A model generated the notes under the pieces. It saw only the letters and a list, made by a program, of their open reading frames with translations. It made no database searches and had not been told where the DNA came from. A stretch of 63,595 nucleotides of DNA, the filler included, from Rhabdomonas costata (taxonomy: Eukaryota), in assembly GCA_019059605.1 (NCBI GenBank). It is 38 parts of 38 records of this genome, joined end to end, with 100 filler letters (N's around TTAATTAATTAA, not from the genome) between each part and the next. Parts side by side here need not be neighbours in the genome. Positions count along the whole stretch, not along the records: positions 23,477 to 25,053 come from JAHMHO010012723.1; positions 25,154 to 26,729 come from JAHMHO010012724.1; positions 26,830 to 28,406 come from JAHMHO010012725.1; positions 28,507 to 30,083 come from JAHMHO010012726.1; positions 30,184 to 31,759 come from JAHMHO010012727.1; positions 31,860 to 33,435 come from JAHMHO010012728.1; positions 33,536 to 35,111 come from JAHMHO010012729.1; positions 35,212 to 36,787 come from JAHMHO010012730.1; 30 more parts are not named here. One strand, given 5' to 3'. The position numbers and the translations under genes are program-made. Numbering within the stretch: the first letter of the stretch is position 1; every line of letters starts with the position of its first letter. Of the stretch, positions 23,836-36,887 are shown piece by piece.

Positions 23836-25008
23836 AATACAACCTTCCGTCAGAGAGCCAGACTTCAGCAAGCTCTGGGGAATCTTCTCCTCCAACTCCA
23901 GGCGGATGCCCACCTGCCGACGCCAGCCCCAAAAAAGCACAGGTGCCTCGCGCCACAACCCCGCGACGTCCCGATACGTCCCTGGAAAGATCACTCGAAC
24001 CTCCTGTCACTGTCCGTTGAGCAAGATACCACGAAATCCGACAGCACTTTTGAACCCAATCGAAAGGGTAAGGGGGACCATTCAGGTGACAAGTGTGTAC
24101 ACACCTTAAAGCATACAAATTCGCTGTTCTCAAGGGCTTCCAAGACACCGGTGATGGTGTCACCCGCCTTGTAGTGCGTAGCTCGACAGATGTACTTCAG
24201 AAAAGGAATCTGGTTCAGGGCAGGTACCGCGCTTTGGCTTCGGATCACAAACTGCACTGCATTAAGCATACAGTGATAGGTCAGGAACAGAGAAATAAAA
24301 CCAAGGTCGCATTGATTGAACAACAAAAATGAGGGGTGCACAGACTTGGAGTGTTGTGGCAGGCCATGATTTCCTCAATGGAGTCCCACACCAGCCGCAG
24401 GGGGTTCTCCTCAGCATGCACAGGCAGGGTGACCACATGTCCATCAACAGTGACCGATGCCTGAGCTTTGGCCGGGAAAACCCCTGTGCAGTGCTGCTGG
24501 GGAGAGCCAAGGACCGGGTCGTTCAGCGGAGACCCCGAGGGAGGACCCATCCGGTTGGAATAGGGGTCATCCAAGCGAAGGTCGGCAGTGAAAACATCTG
24601 CACCTCGCTGTGTTCCGGGGCAATAGAGAAAGACGGAGTTCCACTCGTAATTTGGATTCTGTCCCGAGGTCGGTGCTCCCACAGAAACGGTACTGCGGAG
24701 AGGAGGCCCAATAGACGCAAGGGGATTTACCACGCGAACTGGAAGCTTCACAACTAGTTGTCGAGGCGGAGGAGAAGTGCCCGTCGACTGCAACACTGCC
24801 ACGGGCTTCCATAAGATGCAAAGCCACAGGACATAAGAGAACCGAATGGAGGAGCCCCGATAGGAGGGAGGGAGGTCGGCAGGGAGCCGAAACCGGACAC
24901 ACAGCCGGGCAAAGCTACCGGGCTCCAACCGGAGGGTTTCGGGGTGGGGCTGACCTTGGAGAAGTTGCTGGGTCTCGCTTCGGAAAAGGTCATGAGCATT
25001 GCTCGACC
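23836..25008 (-). CDS. RGP1: RGP1 (Ric1-Rgp1 Rab6 GEF subunit), three exons
   Basis: Exons 25008-24346 (FRLPADLPPSYRGSSIRFSYVL), 24256-24105 (YKAGDTITGVLE...CFK), 23913-~23836 (VGIRLELEEKI); phases consistent. Confidence 0.8.
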
Positions 25009-27993
25009 CTGGGAATGCCAAAAGAATGATCAAAGGAAATCAGCAAAAACCACNNNNNNNNNNNNNNNNNNNNNNNNNNNNNNNNNNNNNNNNNNNNTTA
25101 ATTAATTAANNNNNNNNNNNNNNNNNNNNNNNNNNNNNNNNNNNNNNNNNNNNGGGGTGGGTCACTGGTGATTCGACAAAAAACAGCATTTTTTCGCAGC
25201 AGTAAGAGTTCGGAGCATTAACAGTAACATAAGTTTGTTGAGTAAAACGTGCTCGAGAAGTGCTGTGAAGGAAGTTACAAACGAAGCTGCACCAGCCCCA
25301 GGGTGAATCCCATGAGTAAGGGAAACTGGTTTTCATCCCCGGCAATAAATATAATATGGGCGCAACAAATTCATGCCTCCTCATAACAAACCCACAGGAA
25401 TCACAAGCACTGTCTACTGTCTGCTCTTCTCTTACAACTGCAGAAATTTTGGTTTCAGCACACAGACAGAATCTCCCGAGAAATTATCACACAGCTGCAC
25501 GGTAACATGCATTGACACCGTCATCACAGGCGGGACATCAAGAGACATCAAATGTACAAGAATACAACTGAAGCAGCAACAAGCCGCAGCCATCAGCACT
25601 GCAACTGCCGTGTCGATGCAGGTCCCAGGTGGAACCTCAACCATCATAACGTCTGCAAAACATCGGCGTCTCACGAGGACTGCAAAGAAAGAAGAAGCAG
25701 AAAGAAGCAAAAAACTAACGAGCCTATTTAAAAAGAAGAAAACGAGAAGAGAGAAAGGCGCTTCAGAGAGTGCTGAGCTGGGGTGCACACCTTGCTTGGA
25801 CGCGCGCGAGCAGTTGGCGGCACATCAGAAGCCTCCAGAGCTACGAACGCAGCCGCAAGCTGAGGAACAGGCTCTTGAACTGGAGCTGGATGCAGATTGA
25901 ACAAAATGAAAGAAATGGGAGAGGCACTGTCGAGTGGTGCAGCTGACCCGAACATGAACGATAAAACAACCACACGACAATACATAAACATGACGACGTG
26001 ACTCAGGTAAGGGAAGCACACTTGATGGCGGAATGGTGCGCGAGTTAAAATGGCAAACCCAGGAATACTGCGATGGAATTACTGCGAACTGGATGAGCCG
26101 TAGACTGCGCCGCAGTACATCCAGGGCACAAAATGCAGATGCTGACCGCAGTTCAATGCATTTTAGTACACGAGAGCTGTGCCGGTCGCAGAGGCGATCG
26201 TCATTTCTTCAGTTGTTTGCATCCAACTTCGTGCCGACTTTCTTGCCACGCGGCACGCTGGGCTGTTTTTTGTTAGCGTGGACAATGCAAGCCCCACCAC
26301 CACACACCGCACATTAACTAATCTCTCTCTGACCACCAACTGGTCTTCTTATTGTGGCTATTTTTCTGTCCTTGTTGGCTCTTCTGCCAGAAAAGAATTA
26401 TACTCCGAATTCAAACCAGAGAATTTTTCTGCGACAGAAAAGTATGCCAACGGCGTGTGTGTACGGATTACCATTATCACATCGCCATTATCTCTCCATC
26501 GCTTCCTGCAGCGCCGAAATTGGCATGCCACGCGAGACTACCATGAATAATGATCACCGCGCCCGGTAAAAAAAAAGTCGCCATACTGTTGTGGGGGAAT
26601 GCGTTTATATTTGCTCCCTTCGTATGCGTAGGCAGGTTTGCGCGCAAACAGAAACCTCCAGGCGGCTTCTTTTTCTTGCCCTGCGCGTCGGAAGCGGGGG
26701 GCTTCTTCGCTTTTGCGGACTTGGGCACCNNNNNNNNNNNNNNNNNNNNNNNNNNNNNNNNNNNNNNNNNNNNTTAATTAATTAANNNNNNNNNNNNNNN
26801 NNNNNNNNNNNNNNNNNNNNNNNNNNNNNCTTCGTGCTGGACATTTTCCGATCTGACTACTTCTAGTAGGTCCAAAGGTGGAGTTATGCCATATATATAT
26901 ATGCTTTTGGCATCCTAACGAACCGTTAGCTGGTGCTGGGTTGGTGGGGTGCTGGGTGGAGGATGCCGTGTGTGGGTGTCAGAGGGAGGTGGGCTGCACA
27001 ACAGGGCCCCCCTCCCACAGAGGAATGTTGCTGAGGTTGCATGGAAAACGGGCGAGTTCGATTGGGCGTGGTCGTATGCCTGCTGCACCAGTGAGTGCCA
27101 GGGGGAAGAGCGCAGCGAGGCCAGGAAGATAAGGGGAAGTCAACGGGGGCGTCCGTGGGTCAGTGAATCAGTGTCGTATACCAACTATTCTCTCCACATC
27201 GTTTTCTTTTCATGAAATGCCGAGCAGCTGGGTTCGGTGGAAAAGGACTTTCCTTACAATAATTTAGAATGACCCACAGCATAAAACGTGGTAAAAAATA
27301 TCAAACTTCAAAAAAAAGTTGCTGTCAGGTTCTGCATGCGTTACACCAAAACCGTCCCTTGGGTAGGGAATCGAAAAACATGCAAAAGAGGGAGTCTAGT
27401 AGCCGTCAGTAAAGACCTCGGATGGAATCTTGGGCTTGCACAAATATCCAAGATAATGAATGATGAATGGTAGTATTCCGCTTGCTGTGGCCGTGAGCCA
27501 GTCTGTGGCTTCCGGTATACCCACGTGCGCCAGCATCGCTGAAAAGCGCCTCCGAAAGGTAAGATCGCTGAATACTGTTTTTTTTCTTTAGGTCATAAAG
27601 AAGGCAAAGGTGGGCTTGGAACAGCTCCACGTTGACTGCCAATGTTCCACAGACAGACGCGGGGTGCGAAGGTGTTGTGTTCAAAGAGAAAACCTGCAAG
27701 GAAAGCTGGAAGAAAGCTTCTTCCATGGATCCTTGCGATGTGTGGCTGACGGGTCGTGAGCGGTGTGGGTGCTGCGGAAACGAAAACCGCGGGATCTACG
27801 GTGCCGGTTTGTTTGCACTTTTGCACAGGGTCGTGACGCTCAATTCGGTTGGCCCCCTTTATAGGGCTATTTAATTGTGCCCTTTTGTAACAGCGGCACT
27901 TTCTTTTTGCGGACCCTGTAATTAGCGCTTCCAACGTACATTTGCCAATCTTTTTACTTTTCGTTGTTGCGTATTTCGTTCTTCGTTTTTCAG

Positions 27994-28352
27994 GAGTTCG
28001 AGGCGTTTGTGAAGGGTGGGTTGGCCAAGGTTCCATTCTGTCGTGATGCCGTTCTCAAGCAAGACAGTGATCTTTTTGTTTGGATTGTGCGCTTTTCCAA
28101 GCCTCATTCTTCAGGTAATTGCATTGACTTCTCTTTTTCACCCTTCCATCTTTCCATCCCCGTTAGACCCCCAACTGTGCATGCCTGAATTAAAGGATTT
28201 ACCATACAGGTCATGTTTCCGTTTATTTCCTCTTCAGCTGACAGCGCTGCTCGGCTGATACTCTGTTTTGGGCACAGGGGTTCCCTATGGATGTCTCGAG
28301 ATGGAGATGACCTTTCCAGCAAACTATCCTTTTTCTCCCCCAGCCGTCCTCT
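27994..28352 (+). CDS. Ubiquitin-conjugating enzyme (UBC/E2)-like domain, two exons
   Basis: Exons 27994-28114 (DSDLFVWIVRF) and 28278-28352 (LEMEMTFPANYPFSPPAV); FPxxYPxxPP motif. Confidence 0.8.
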
Positions 28353-28514
28353 GTGGGGGCTACGCATTGTTTCTTCCGCGTTTCCTTTCTGAGTGGACCC
28401 CCACAANNNNNNNNNNNNNNNNNNNNNNNNNNNNNNNNNNNNNNNNNNNNTTAATTAATTAANNNNNNNNNNNNNNNNNNNNNNNNNNNNNNNNNNNNNN
28501 NNNNNNGTGGGGTT

Positions 28515-28808
28515 GGGAGGTGTTATTGATCGCTGACTGACATGATCGAGGATAACAGCGAGTTGAGGTGAGCATCCTATAACTGCGGGTTCGCATATTA
28601 GTGTGGGCGCCGCCGCTTTTGGCACTTCTGTGAACTTCCTCTGCGGAAAAGTTCTGTTCTTTGTGGTTGATTTCTCTCTCTTTGAAACTTATCTGAGTCA
28701 TCTGCATTTTACACGCTCACCCGTCTGCTCGCCCCCGCAGTTATAGGATGCTCACCTCAACTCGCTGTTATCCTCGATCATGTCAGTCAGCGATCAATAA
28801 CACCTCCC
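28515..28808. repeat. Contig-terminal inverted repeat (75-bp perfect arms), probable fold-back
   Basis: 28515-28589 is the reverse complement of 28734-28808. Confidence 0.92.
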
Positions 28809-30404
28809 CTCCCCTCCCGAAATTCACGTTCACTTCCTTCAAACAGCCACATCACATGATAAGGAGACCCAAAAGTGCTCTCTTTGCGCCTCCCCCGCCC
28901 GAGGGTGTCGCATTGCAAACCGATTTGACCGAAACTGAAACGGCCCGTTCCATCAGCTTGTCACATGGCATTCCTGAGAACCCGATGGCAAGGGGGTTTC
29001 AGTAGAGAAAAAAAGGAAAAGACACAACAAACACCCGGATGCGGATGCACCAGAAAGCACGTGGGGCTTCATAATGTTTGAGCAGTGGGATTATTTTTTG
29101 GGGGTCCACATCAAATCCAAAATGTGCACCAGACCAAATATACCAAAAATTAAGCAGGCTGAAGCACCTCAGTTCCTCCTCAAAGCACCTCAGTTTCCCT
29201 ACATCTGCTGCGTCGGCATCCTGAATGCCGGTATGCTTCGGGTTGTGGCAACCGGGGGGGCCATTTCGGGCGATGTTTTGGGTCTTTTTGAGGCCTTGCG
29301 AGTCTCTATGGCCTTTCAAAAGAAGACGGATGCCTCCAGACTCGGCCCAGAGTGCCCCAGCAATCATTCAGCTTTCGAACACTCAAAATTCTCTGAAAGC
29401 GCGTTGACCGACCTGAATGAACCCTCTGGTCGTTTTTATGTGCTTTACAAACAATAAATCCCAGTAGTGGGGGGATCACAGAAGTGCAGCCGATTTCCGT
29501 CAGTTTTTTTTGACAGAGTTTCGGGCAAGGACATGACGGGAATAGTCTGAAGGCGATGATTCACACAAAAGGCTAATATTGGTTCGATGCAGCGGAGCAA
29601 TTCATTGCCATCCTCTGGAAGCGAAACAACAACCCTTGCATTGCTCCGAAGATGCGCTTCACGCGACAGCTGTGCCATCTTTCAATTTATGCGCTCCGCG
29701 ATTCCATTGGTCTGCGATGACAATTGAGTGGCGAACGGTGTCCAGTATCCTACTAGAAGTGATTTTCACAATAAGAAAAGCTTAAAGGTCATTCCCGAAC
29801 CTGAACGATCCAGCCACTTGGGGTCATGCACCCTGTGTGAATTTTCTGGAGCAATTCTCACCATTCTTTCTTCTTGTCGTCTGATATTTGCGGTAGGGGG
29901 GGGGGCTCGAAAACACGACACACACGACGTTTTCCAATGCAGACATTTCGGCTTTTCTCTTTCCCCAATCACCCAGTTGCCTCCACCCAGGTCTGCAAAA
30001 GACGCAGTTTTTCGAAGTGGAAGGGTGTCCTATCACCACCACCACCACCACCACTCATAACGGCAGTCGGAGGACCCAACACCNNNNNNNNNNNNNNNNN
30101 NNNNNNNNNNNNNNNNNNNNNNNNNNNTTAATTAATTAANNNNNNNNNNNNNNNNNNNNNNNNNNNNNNNNNNNNNNNNNNNNAGTTGGGTCCCTTTCTC
30201 TCTTTTTTTCCCGGACAGGTTTCCTAATCCAAATGCGAAGCGGGGAGTTGGCGCACTGTGAGCGGTTGAGCGAGCGTGCGAGGTAGGGAGGTACTTGTGA
30301 CTTGCAATGAGGAAGTGTGGGTCGCTGCGTGATATTGTCGCGAAGTGACTACACTTGGCATAACTCTTTCCAGGACAGCTCACCCGTTCCCTGCCTTTGC
30401 TGTG

Positions 30405-31759
30405 ATGTTGAGTTCCGTGCTGTCTTTGGGATGGATTTTGGGTTCCTGGGCCCTGATGCTGCTGGGGTGCGCCCTGGGGGCGCCGCAGAATGGCAGCCCT
30501 ATGGTGATCACTACCGCTTCGTCGCAGAGATCCGCAGGGCGGGGAACCTGTCCTGGATCCCCGGGTTCTGCGCCCGCTTCACCGACCTCAGGTCAGGTCG
30601 GTGGAGGACGCCAAAGGACTATGCGGGGCCAAGCCTCCTGGCATCCGCCCAGAGACGCTGCCCGTGGTGAGGCCCAGCAGCTCTTGAGGACTGAGAGCTA
30701 GCGCACCCGCGGGGACATCGTTTGACTCTCAGGTGAAGTGGCCTCCTGCGCGGAGCTGATCGGGCGCGTGTGGGACCAGGGCCCCTGCGGCACTGCTGGG
30801 CCTTCGGCCCCACAGAGGCCCTCACGGACCGCCTATGCATCGCCTCTGGCTTCGATGTTCAGCTCTCAGTTCAGGTAGCACGTGCGCGATTGGGGTAACT
30901 TACGTCAAATGCGTGTGCTACTACCTGTGCTACCTCCGGGGTGGAGGAAATGCGTTCGGTTGGTCCCGGGTCTCGCACTGAAAGTGGATATTGGTGCGGC
31001 AGATTCCCCGCCTTGGAACCTGGGTACCGCAAATATGCCCTTGTAGAGTTGGACGATTCCGTAATACCGGTTCTTCTTATGCGATGTTTCACTGTGTGTT
31101 TCCCGAGCGGCTTGAGGGCACGAGAAGGACATGCAAGAAAGCTAGTGGATCATTTCGCCGTCGCACCTTTTGGGGATTCGTGAGCCCACAATTGTCTTCG
31201 CTGCTTACTGCCTTTGCCCAGGGCACCACCTCGTGCTGCAACCCCTCCACCGGCTGTGTCGGATGTGATGGGTGTAACGCTCCCCCGACCAGGCCTGGCT
31301 GTACTTCCAGTCCCATGGCGACGTGACGGGATGGGACTACGGGGACACTACCTACCTGCCAAGTTAACCCGTTGGACTCTGCGGTGTGCATGTGTGTGTG
31401 CGCGCGCTTGGGCGCCTCTAACATCCTCTGGAGAACCGTTATCTTATGAGCGCAATGTCCAGTAGGTTCCTCCCATCTGCCCTTCTGTTTGTACACAAAC
31501 ACAGCCCTCCGCGACACCGGCGACGTATGCCGTATGACGTATGCCTGCATCCCCGGGTACTCCCTTCCGTGGGACAGCGACCTGCACTTCTGGCTCAATG
31601 CCTTCCGAGTGTACCCCGAGTTTCTGACATCCAGGCTGAGCTCAGCGCCTGAGGCCCACTGAGCTGCATGTTCACCGTGTACAGCGACTTCTACTACTAC
31701 ACGGGAGGGGTATACCATCACTCTGGGGGCGGGCTGCAGTGCTACCACGCCCCACCCCC
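30405..31759 (+). pseudogene. CTSB: Cathepsin B-like cysteine protease pseudogene (introns retained)
   Basis: Signal peptide, SVEDAKGLCG, FDSQVKW, WDQGPCG/CWAFGPTEALTDRLCI, SCC...CDGCN, DIQAEL..GPLSCMFTVYSDFYYYTGGVYHH...HA; exons 30405-30874, 31222-31362, 31505-end; about five frameshifts, a 5-bp duplication and TGA stops at 30685 and 31650. Confidence 0.88.
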
Positions 31760-31859
31760 NNNNNNNNNNNNNNNNNNNNNNNNNNNNNNNNNNNNNNNNN
31801 NNNTTAATTAATTAANNNNNNNNNNNNNNNNNNNNNNNNNNNNNNNNNNNNNNNNNNNN

Positions 31860-33435
31860 GTGTGGTGTGCCTGAGCCTGAGTGCTGTTTCCACATTGATG
31901 TCCGTGTCAGGAGTTTCTTATGAGAACGTTGGAAGAGTTGAGATCGGAAGCTGCAGTCGATTTGACAACTCGAAGTCTATCAAGACACATGTGATGCAGT
32001 TATTTGAGCTCCATGGAAACAGCAACGTTGAGGGCGTGGATGTGAGCGCGGAGGCTTACGGAAGCACAGCTGCTCTGTTGAACACGGTCGCCTGGATCGA
32101 ATCTGAAACTTGGGACAGAAGGCTGGGTTTGGTTGTCGCTGTCGACGTTCAAGATGTCATCGTTTCTTCGGATCGTCCTCGTGGGGTCGCGGTCGCGATG
32201 CTAGTGGGTCCGAATGCCGCTGCCGTACTGCACGGCCATCGTGCGACATATGCTGCAGATCAATGGTACCAAGCTCACCCCACTGGTGCGCAACCGGCCG
32301 GAAAATGCTGTTTCCGTGACGCCGTGAAACAACGCGAGGCGTTCCTACTATGCGTGAAGCGCTGCCTTGAGGATATGTCGGAACACGGCCAAATTTCCAA
32401 TGATTTATCCTGTTTGGGTGATTATTTTGTTCTTCAGCCTTCGGAAGACTCAGTTCGCAGAGCTGCGTTTGCTCAAATTTGCGAGGTTCTGGGGGTACCT
32501 AGTTCAGAGCGTTCTTCAATGTATGAAACCTCTGTTTCCCCGTCGACCAGGGCTTGTACACAGCTTGGGGACTGCCGAAGTGTGCATTTATTTGTTTGTT
32601 TGCTTTCATTACTGTGTGATGCAGATCTCAGGAACAAATCGGTATGCTTGGTCGGCTTCGGCGACGGCTGTATTGGGACCATTTTCAAAATGTACGTTCG
32701 AAGGCCTTTCGCCGATCGTCAGCGAATTCGCTCAAGCTTCATGGCCTCCCTTGCATTATGTCCAGAAGCAGCGTCCACCTTGGTTCAAAAGAAGATTTTG
32801 CCACTACGAATTTCTTCGCCTTCTGGACAAATCAGGGACCTTTCTATTGCGCCTTCATCAGCTTCCGCATCTGAAGTTCAGGAAGTCACTTTCTATGCTC
32901 TGCAGGAGATAGACAGTGGGTTTCGAAGGTTCTATCAGTGTGTGCTGGACGAAAAGCCGCAACCGCTTCTTCCGATTCAGATGCTGAAGCACCGCCTGCC
33001 GCGAATGATCTCTGTGAGGAAGCTTCTCAGTCTTCGAGCTCCAGACAACTCCTCAGAGTTTTTGAGAGTTTTTGCAAGCGAAGAAGAGGACTCCTTTGAA
33101 AGTTTGGGAGAACTCTCTTTGCCGTGTGTTGATGAGTACCACCTTTTGCAAATGTGTGAACATATCGTGAAGATGGTTGGTCTTTTGTACCAGAGTTGCT
33201 TGACTCGTCCCAGAGAGGTTATCGCGCAAGATCCTGCTCCGTTTACGTGGACGGCACCTCCTGAGCGAATGGTTTGGATACATTGTCGTGCTGTAGAGTC
33301 TTGTCTTTCACGGGAGTTTGATGCCAATCTCCTTCGGGTGGAGTTTCAGCTCTATGGTACAGACGGTAAGCACGTCGGTGCCTCGGAATGCACCCTAAAG
33401 ATTGTGGAAGCTCCTCGCTCAGCTGAACCAAAACC
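31860..33435 (+). CDS. Catalytically degenerate HMG-CoA synthase-fold domain fused to a probable hot-dog-fold domain (partial, intronless, open at both ends)
   Basis: VGRVEIG...SKSIKTHVMQLF...GNSNVEGVD...WIESETWD...AVAMLVGPNA through FYALQEIDSGFRRFY is collinear with eukaryotic HMGCS; about 165 further residues follow. Confidence 0.92.
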
Positions 33436-33895
33436 NNNNNNNNNNNNNNNNNNNNNNNNNNNNNNNNNNNNNNNNNNNNTTAATTAATTAANNNNNNNNN
33501 NNNNNNNNNNNNNNNNNNNNNNNNNNNNNNNNNNNTTGTTGGTTGTTTTTTTTTGTTAGCAAAATATGCACGGCATTGTGTCGCAACAGTTCAAATGAAC
33601 CAGCTTTAAACTTTAAACACCCAACAACAAATAACAAGCAGCAAACAAACAGGCCCGGTGTTGGTTAAGATCGGAAAACTCGTTAGGTGCGCAGGACGGT
33701 CCGTAGAGCAGAATGGACTTGGCGGCGAACAGAAATGGAGACCACAACTCATAGACAAAGAAGAAGAGAACGGAACATTGGCGCGGAATTCACCAGGTGA
33801 CATTTCTGAAAACCCTCTGAAACTGCAAAAACCTGCAATGATGCGGGGGAGGGGGGGGGTGGCATACTGGTGCTCATCTGTTCTCCTGCCTTCAG

Positions 33896-35066
33896 GTCCC
33901 GAAAGGTGAAGGTGGTCAACCAGAGCCCTTTTGTCGCCAGCTTCAACGTGAACCAGCCGGACGTACCCAATGCTGCCGCTGGCGCCGACACGGCCTCCTC
34001 TCAGGAAGATGACGTGGAGGAACTTCTCCCGTTGGCCTGCCTACCGTATGTCACTTTCCTTGTGTGTGGCCTCAGCGGCACCAAGAAACCCTCCGGAAAT
34101 TGGGCTACTTGTATCACACGTGCGCTGCAAACAACGCAGATCGCAAAAGGCTGAGACTTGGCAACAAGGAAGGGGAGGAGGATGCGGACGAAGACAAGGT
34201 ATGTATTAGAGCGCATGCTGTATTAGGTGGGGAGGGGGCAAAATGGTATCTGCGGGATAGAGTTGGTGAGCGAGCGAGCGAGCGAGTGTTGGCGTGAAGT
34301 ATGCACAGTACGTTTTTCAACTTAGAACTGTGCATTGTGCCGATTGCTTTATTTCACGGTATCTACACTGGTTTGCCGTTTTTTAATTCCTCGTTGCTGC
34401 AACCTCTAACGCTGGCACCCGGCGAATATTTGAGCAAAAATACACACGGCACTTTGGCAACAGGGGTTGTTGACACACTGGCGGGAGCTTCAGCAAACCT
34501 TAACCTTGGCTTCAAGAAACCACACAGGAAAGACTCAAAGACTCAAAGACTCAAAGCGCTGCCTTCACGAAAGGTAAGGGAGGGAAATAAGGCGATATTT
34601 TCATCGCGCAAACATACACAAACACGAACAAACAGACACAACTGTCCCTAGTCAAAGAAGAAAATGATGATACCTCCAGGCTCGAGTGAAGCAGGCGAGC
34701 GGATGTAGTCAAGTGGAAACGTTGCGTTGCGATCACGAAGCTCAACATTGATGATTGATCATCAATGTTGACTTAAGTAAAGCAAAGAATGTTTGTTAAC
34801 TCCAATACGTACGCGCACAATGCAGTGGCAACACTCCCCGTCCCCAAACCAACCAATAATCCCTGTGCCTCAGCTCTGAGGGCCGGCTGCCTGCCTACGG
34901 CACCGCCGTGCTGGAGATCACCTTCGCGCCTGTGCAGCGGGAGCGCAAACGGGGCTTCAGCCGCACCGCGAAGCGGCCGTCGGAGCTCGCCGAGACTTAC
35001 AAGGTGAGCTTTCTGGTGGACATTCTGGAGACTGAGCAGCAGGTCGAGCTTCCGGTGGCCGCGAAG
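33896..35066 (+). CDS. CFAP47: Ciliary ASH/PapD-like domain protein, CFAP47-like N-terminal region
   Basis: Exons 33896-34045 (KVKVVNQSPFVASFNV...LACLP) and 34874-35066 (SEGRLPAYGTAVLEITFAP...RGF) join in phase 2. Confidence 0.6.
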
Positions 35067-36887
35067 GTGCGCTGATACTTACACAGTGCTCTAGTCTTCC
35101 CAAACCACACANNNNNNNNNNNNNNNNNNNNNNNNNNNNNNNNNNNNNNNNNNNNTTAATTAATTAANNNNNNNNNNNNNNNNNNNNNNNNNNNNNNNNN
35201 NNNNNNNNNNNGGGTGTTGGTTTCGGCGGAGCAGCCTGCAGAGGGTGAGGAGAGTGCCGCCCCGCCCGTCACTGCCGCTGCCGCGGCTCCCGTGGCCCGT
35301 GGGGTGGCCTCGCGTGCACGCGGAGGAAAAGCCGTCGTGCAGCAGTTTGACAACACTCCGAGCAGCCTAATTAGGTGTGCCCTCTTTGGTGGTGGTTTCT
35401 GTGATATCTACCCTTTCTTTCAAGTGAAAGGCAAAACATAATGGCAAAGGGGGTCTTCAGTCAAACAATAACTTCAAGAGGGGGGAGGTGTGCTTCTCCT
35501 GGACGCGCGGTACGGAGGGGAATTTGATGGATGCTTCCTTGGGAGCAGAGCCCCAGCACACAGGATGCCTCCTTCTGCCTTCTGCGAGACACGCCGATTT
35601 TTGCGAGAGTTGCGTTTTGTCGATTTTGCTGCGGACGCTCCTGGGTATCGTCACCATGAGGAGTCTGGCACCGCTCAAGAAGTCTGACTGGTTTCTGCCC
35701 CAATATCCTGTGCCAGCTGGCGGCGCTTTTCCGTTTAAGGGTGGTACACACCAAAACTCATAGCTTCCACGTTTGTGTGGGCAAGCCTCTCATTCAGATG
35801 GGCGACTTCGTGGGTGTTGTGTCAGAGTCATTGGAAGCGTGATTTCCGGTGTTAGCATCACTCCTGGGCAGAATGTGGTTTCTCCTTACGCCGTTCCTGT
35901 GAAAATCCAAACGAGTTTGTTTCGGCTGCTGGAAGGACTGGCGCGCAGTTGTCGCGTATCCATCACGGGAAGCACCTGTGGTATGAAACCTGGGGTTGTG
36001 GGCCGGAGTGGTGCCTTCCGGGAGGCTGCTTCTGCGGCTCGCCGAGTGAAGCCCTTGTCCCCACAGGAGGCGCAGGCCGTGCTTGAACACAAGGCTACCC
36101 GCCGTGGAAAACTGGAAGGCAGCGATGTGCGGCGTGAGCTGTCCGAGCCAACAATTGGGTTGAATTTCATTTTCTCCTTGCTGTCTGGTTCTTCTATTGG
36201 CAGCCAAGGTGTCCATTGCTCTTTTCTTCTGCCATGTGGCCTTCCTGTGCTTCAAGAATTCGATCAGGACTTGCGCTGCGTAGGACTTTGTGACCCCGTC
36301 ATTACTTCAGTCCGTCTCCTCTCTTGAGTGACATTCGCAACTTCGGTGAGGGTGTTCCTCTTGGCTCCCTTGGTTTGATCCCGTGGTCTCATAGTTGTGC
36401 CTCATAGTTCTGCCACCTTTCAGCTGACTTGGTTTCCTCTGAAGGCATTTTCTTGAACGTCCTGTAGAATCTACGTTTTATCCTGGGTTCGGCTCCGGAC
36501 AAGCATCGTCTCCATTGTCTTCTTCCCAAAACGCTATGCGCGCATCATCATTGACCCCATCCCTACCCTCTGGCTCGCCTCTGGCTTGACGACCGCACCT
36601 GTATGCTTCACTTCACGGCCGCCGCTGCTGTCATCTTGAACGTTTACCCCAATTTGTAGCCCTTTTCTTGGAGGAAAGGGCGACCCTCGCTGCACGTACA
36701 CCTGCCCACAGGTCGGGCTCTTCCGGGAAAGTGCCCTCCCTGGGGTCGCCTCGGTTGGGCTCCCCCACTTCTGCCTCCACCCCCCACNNNNNNNNNNNNN
36801 NNNNNNNNNNNNNNNNNNNNNNNNNNNNNNNTTAATTAATTAANNNNNNNNNNNNNNNNNNNNNNNNNNNNNNNNNNNNNNNNNNNN

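Noticed and set aside
30405-31759. Insertional RNA editing to explain the cathepsin B frameshifts
   Set aside because: Lesions include a 5-bp duplication and nonsense codons, and no other gene in the window needs correction
34075-34198. Extra exon (RHQETLRKLG...EDK) inside the CFAP47-like gene
   Set aside because: Phase is incompatible with the upstream donor and gives a stop; skipping it restores the LPSEGRLPAY motif
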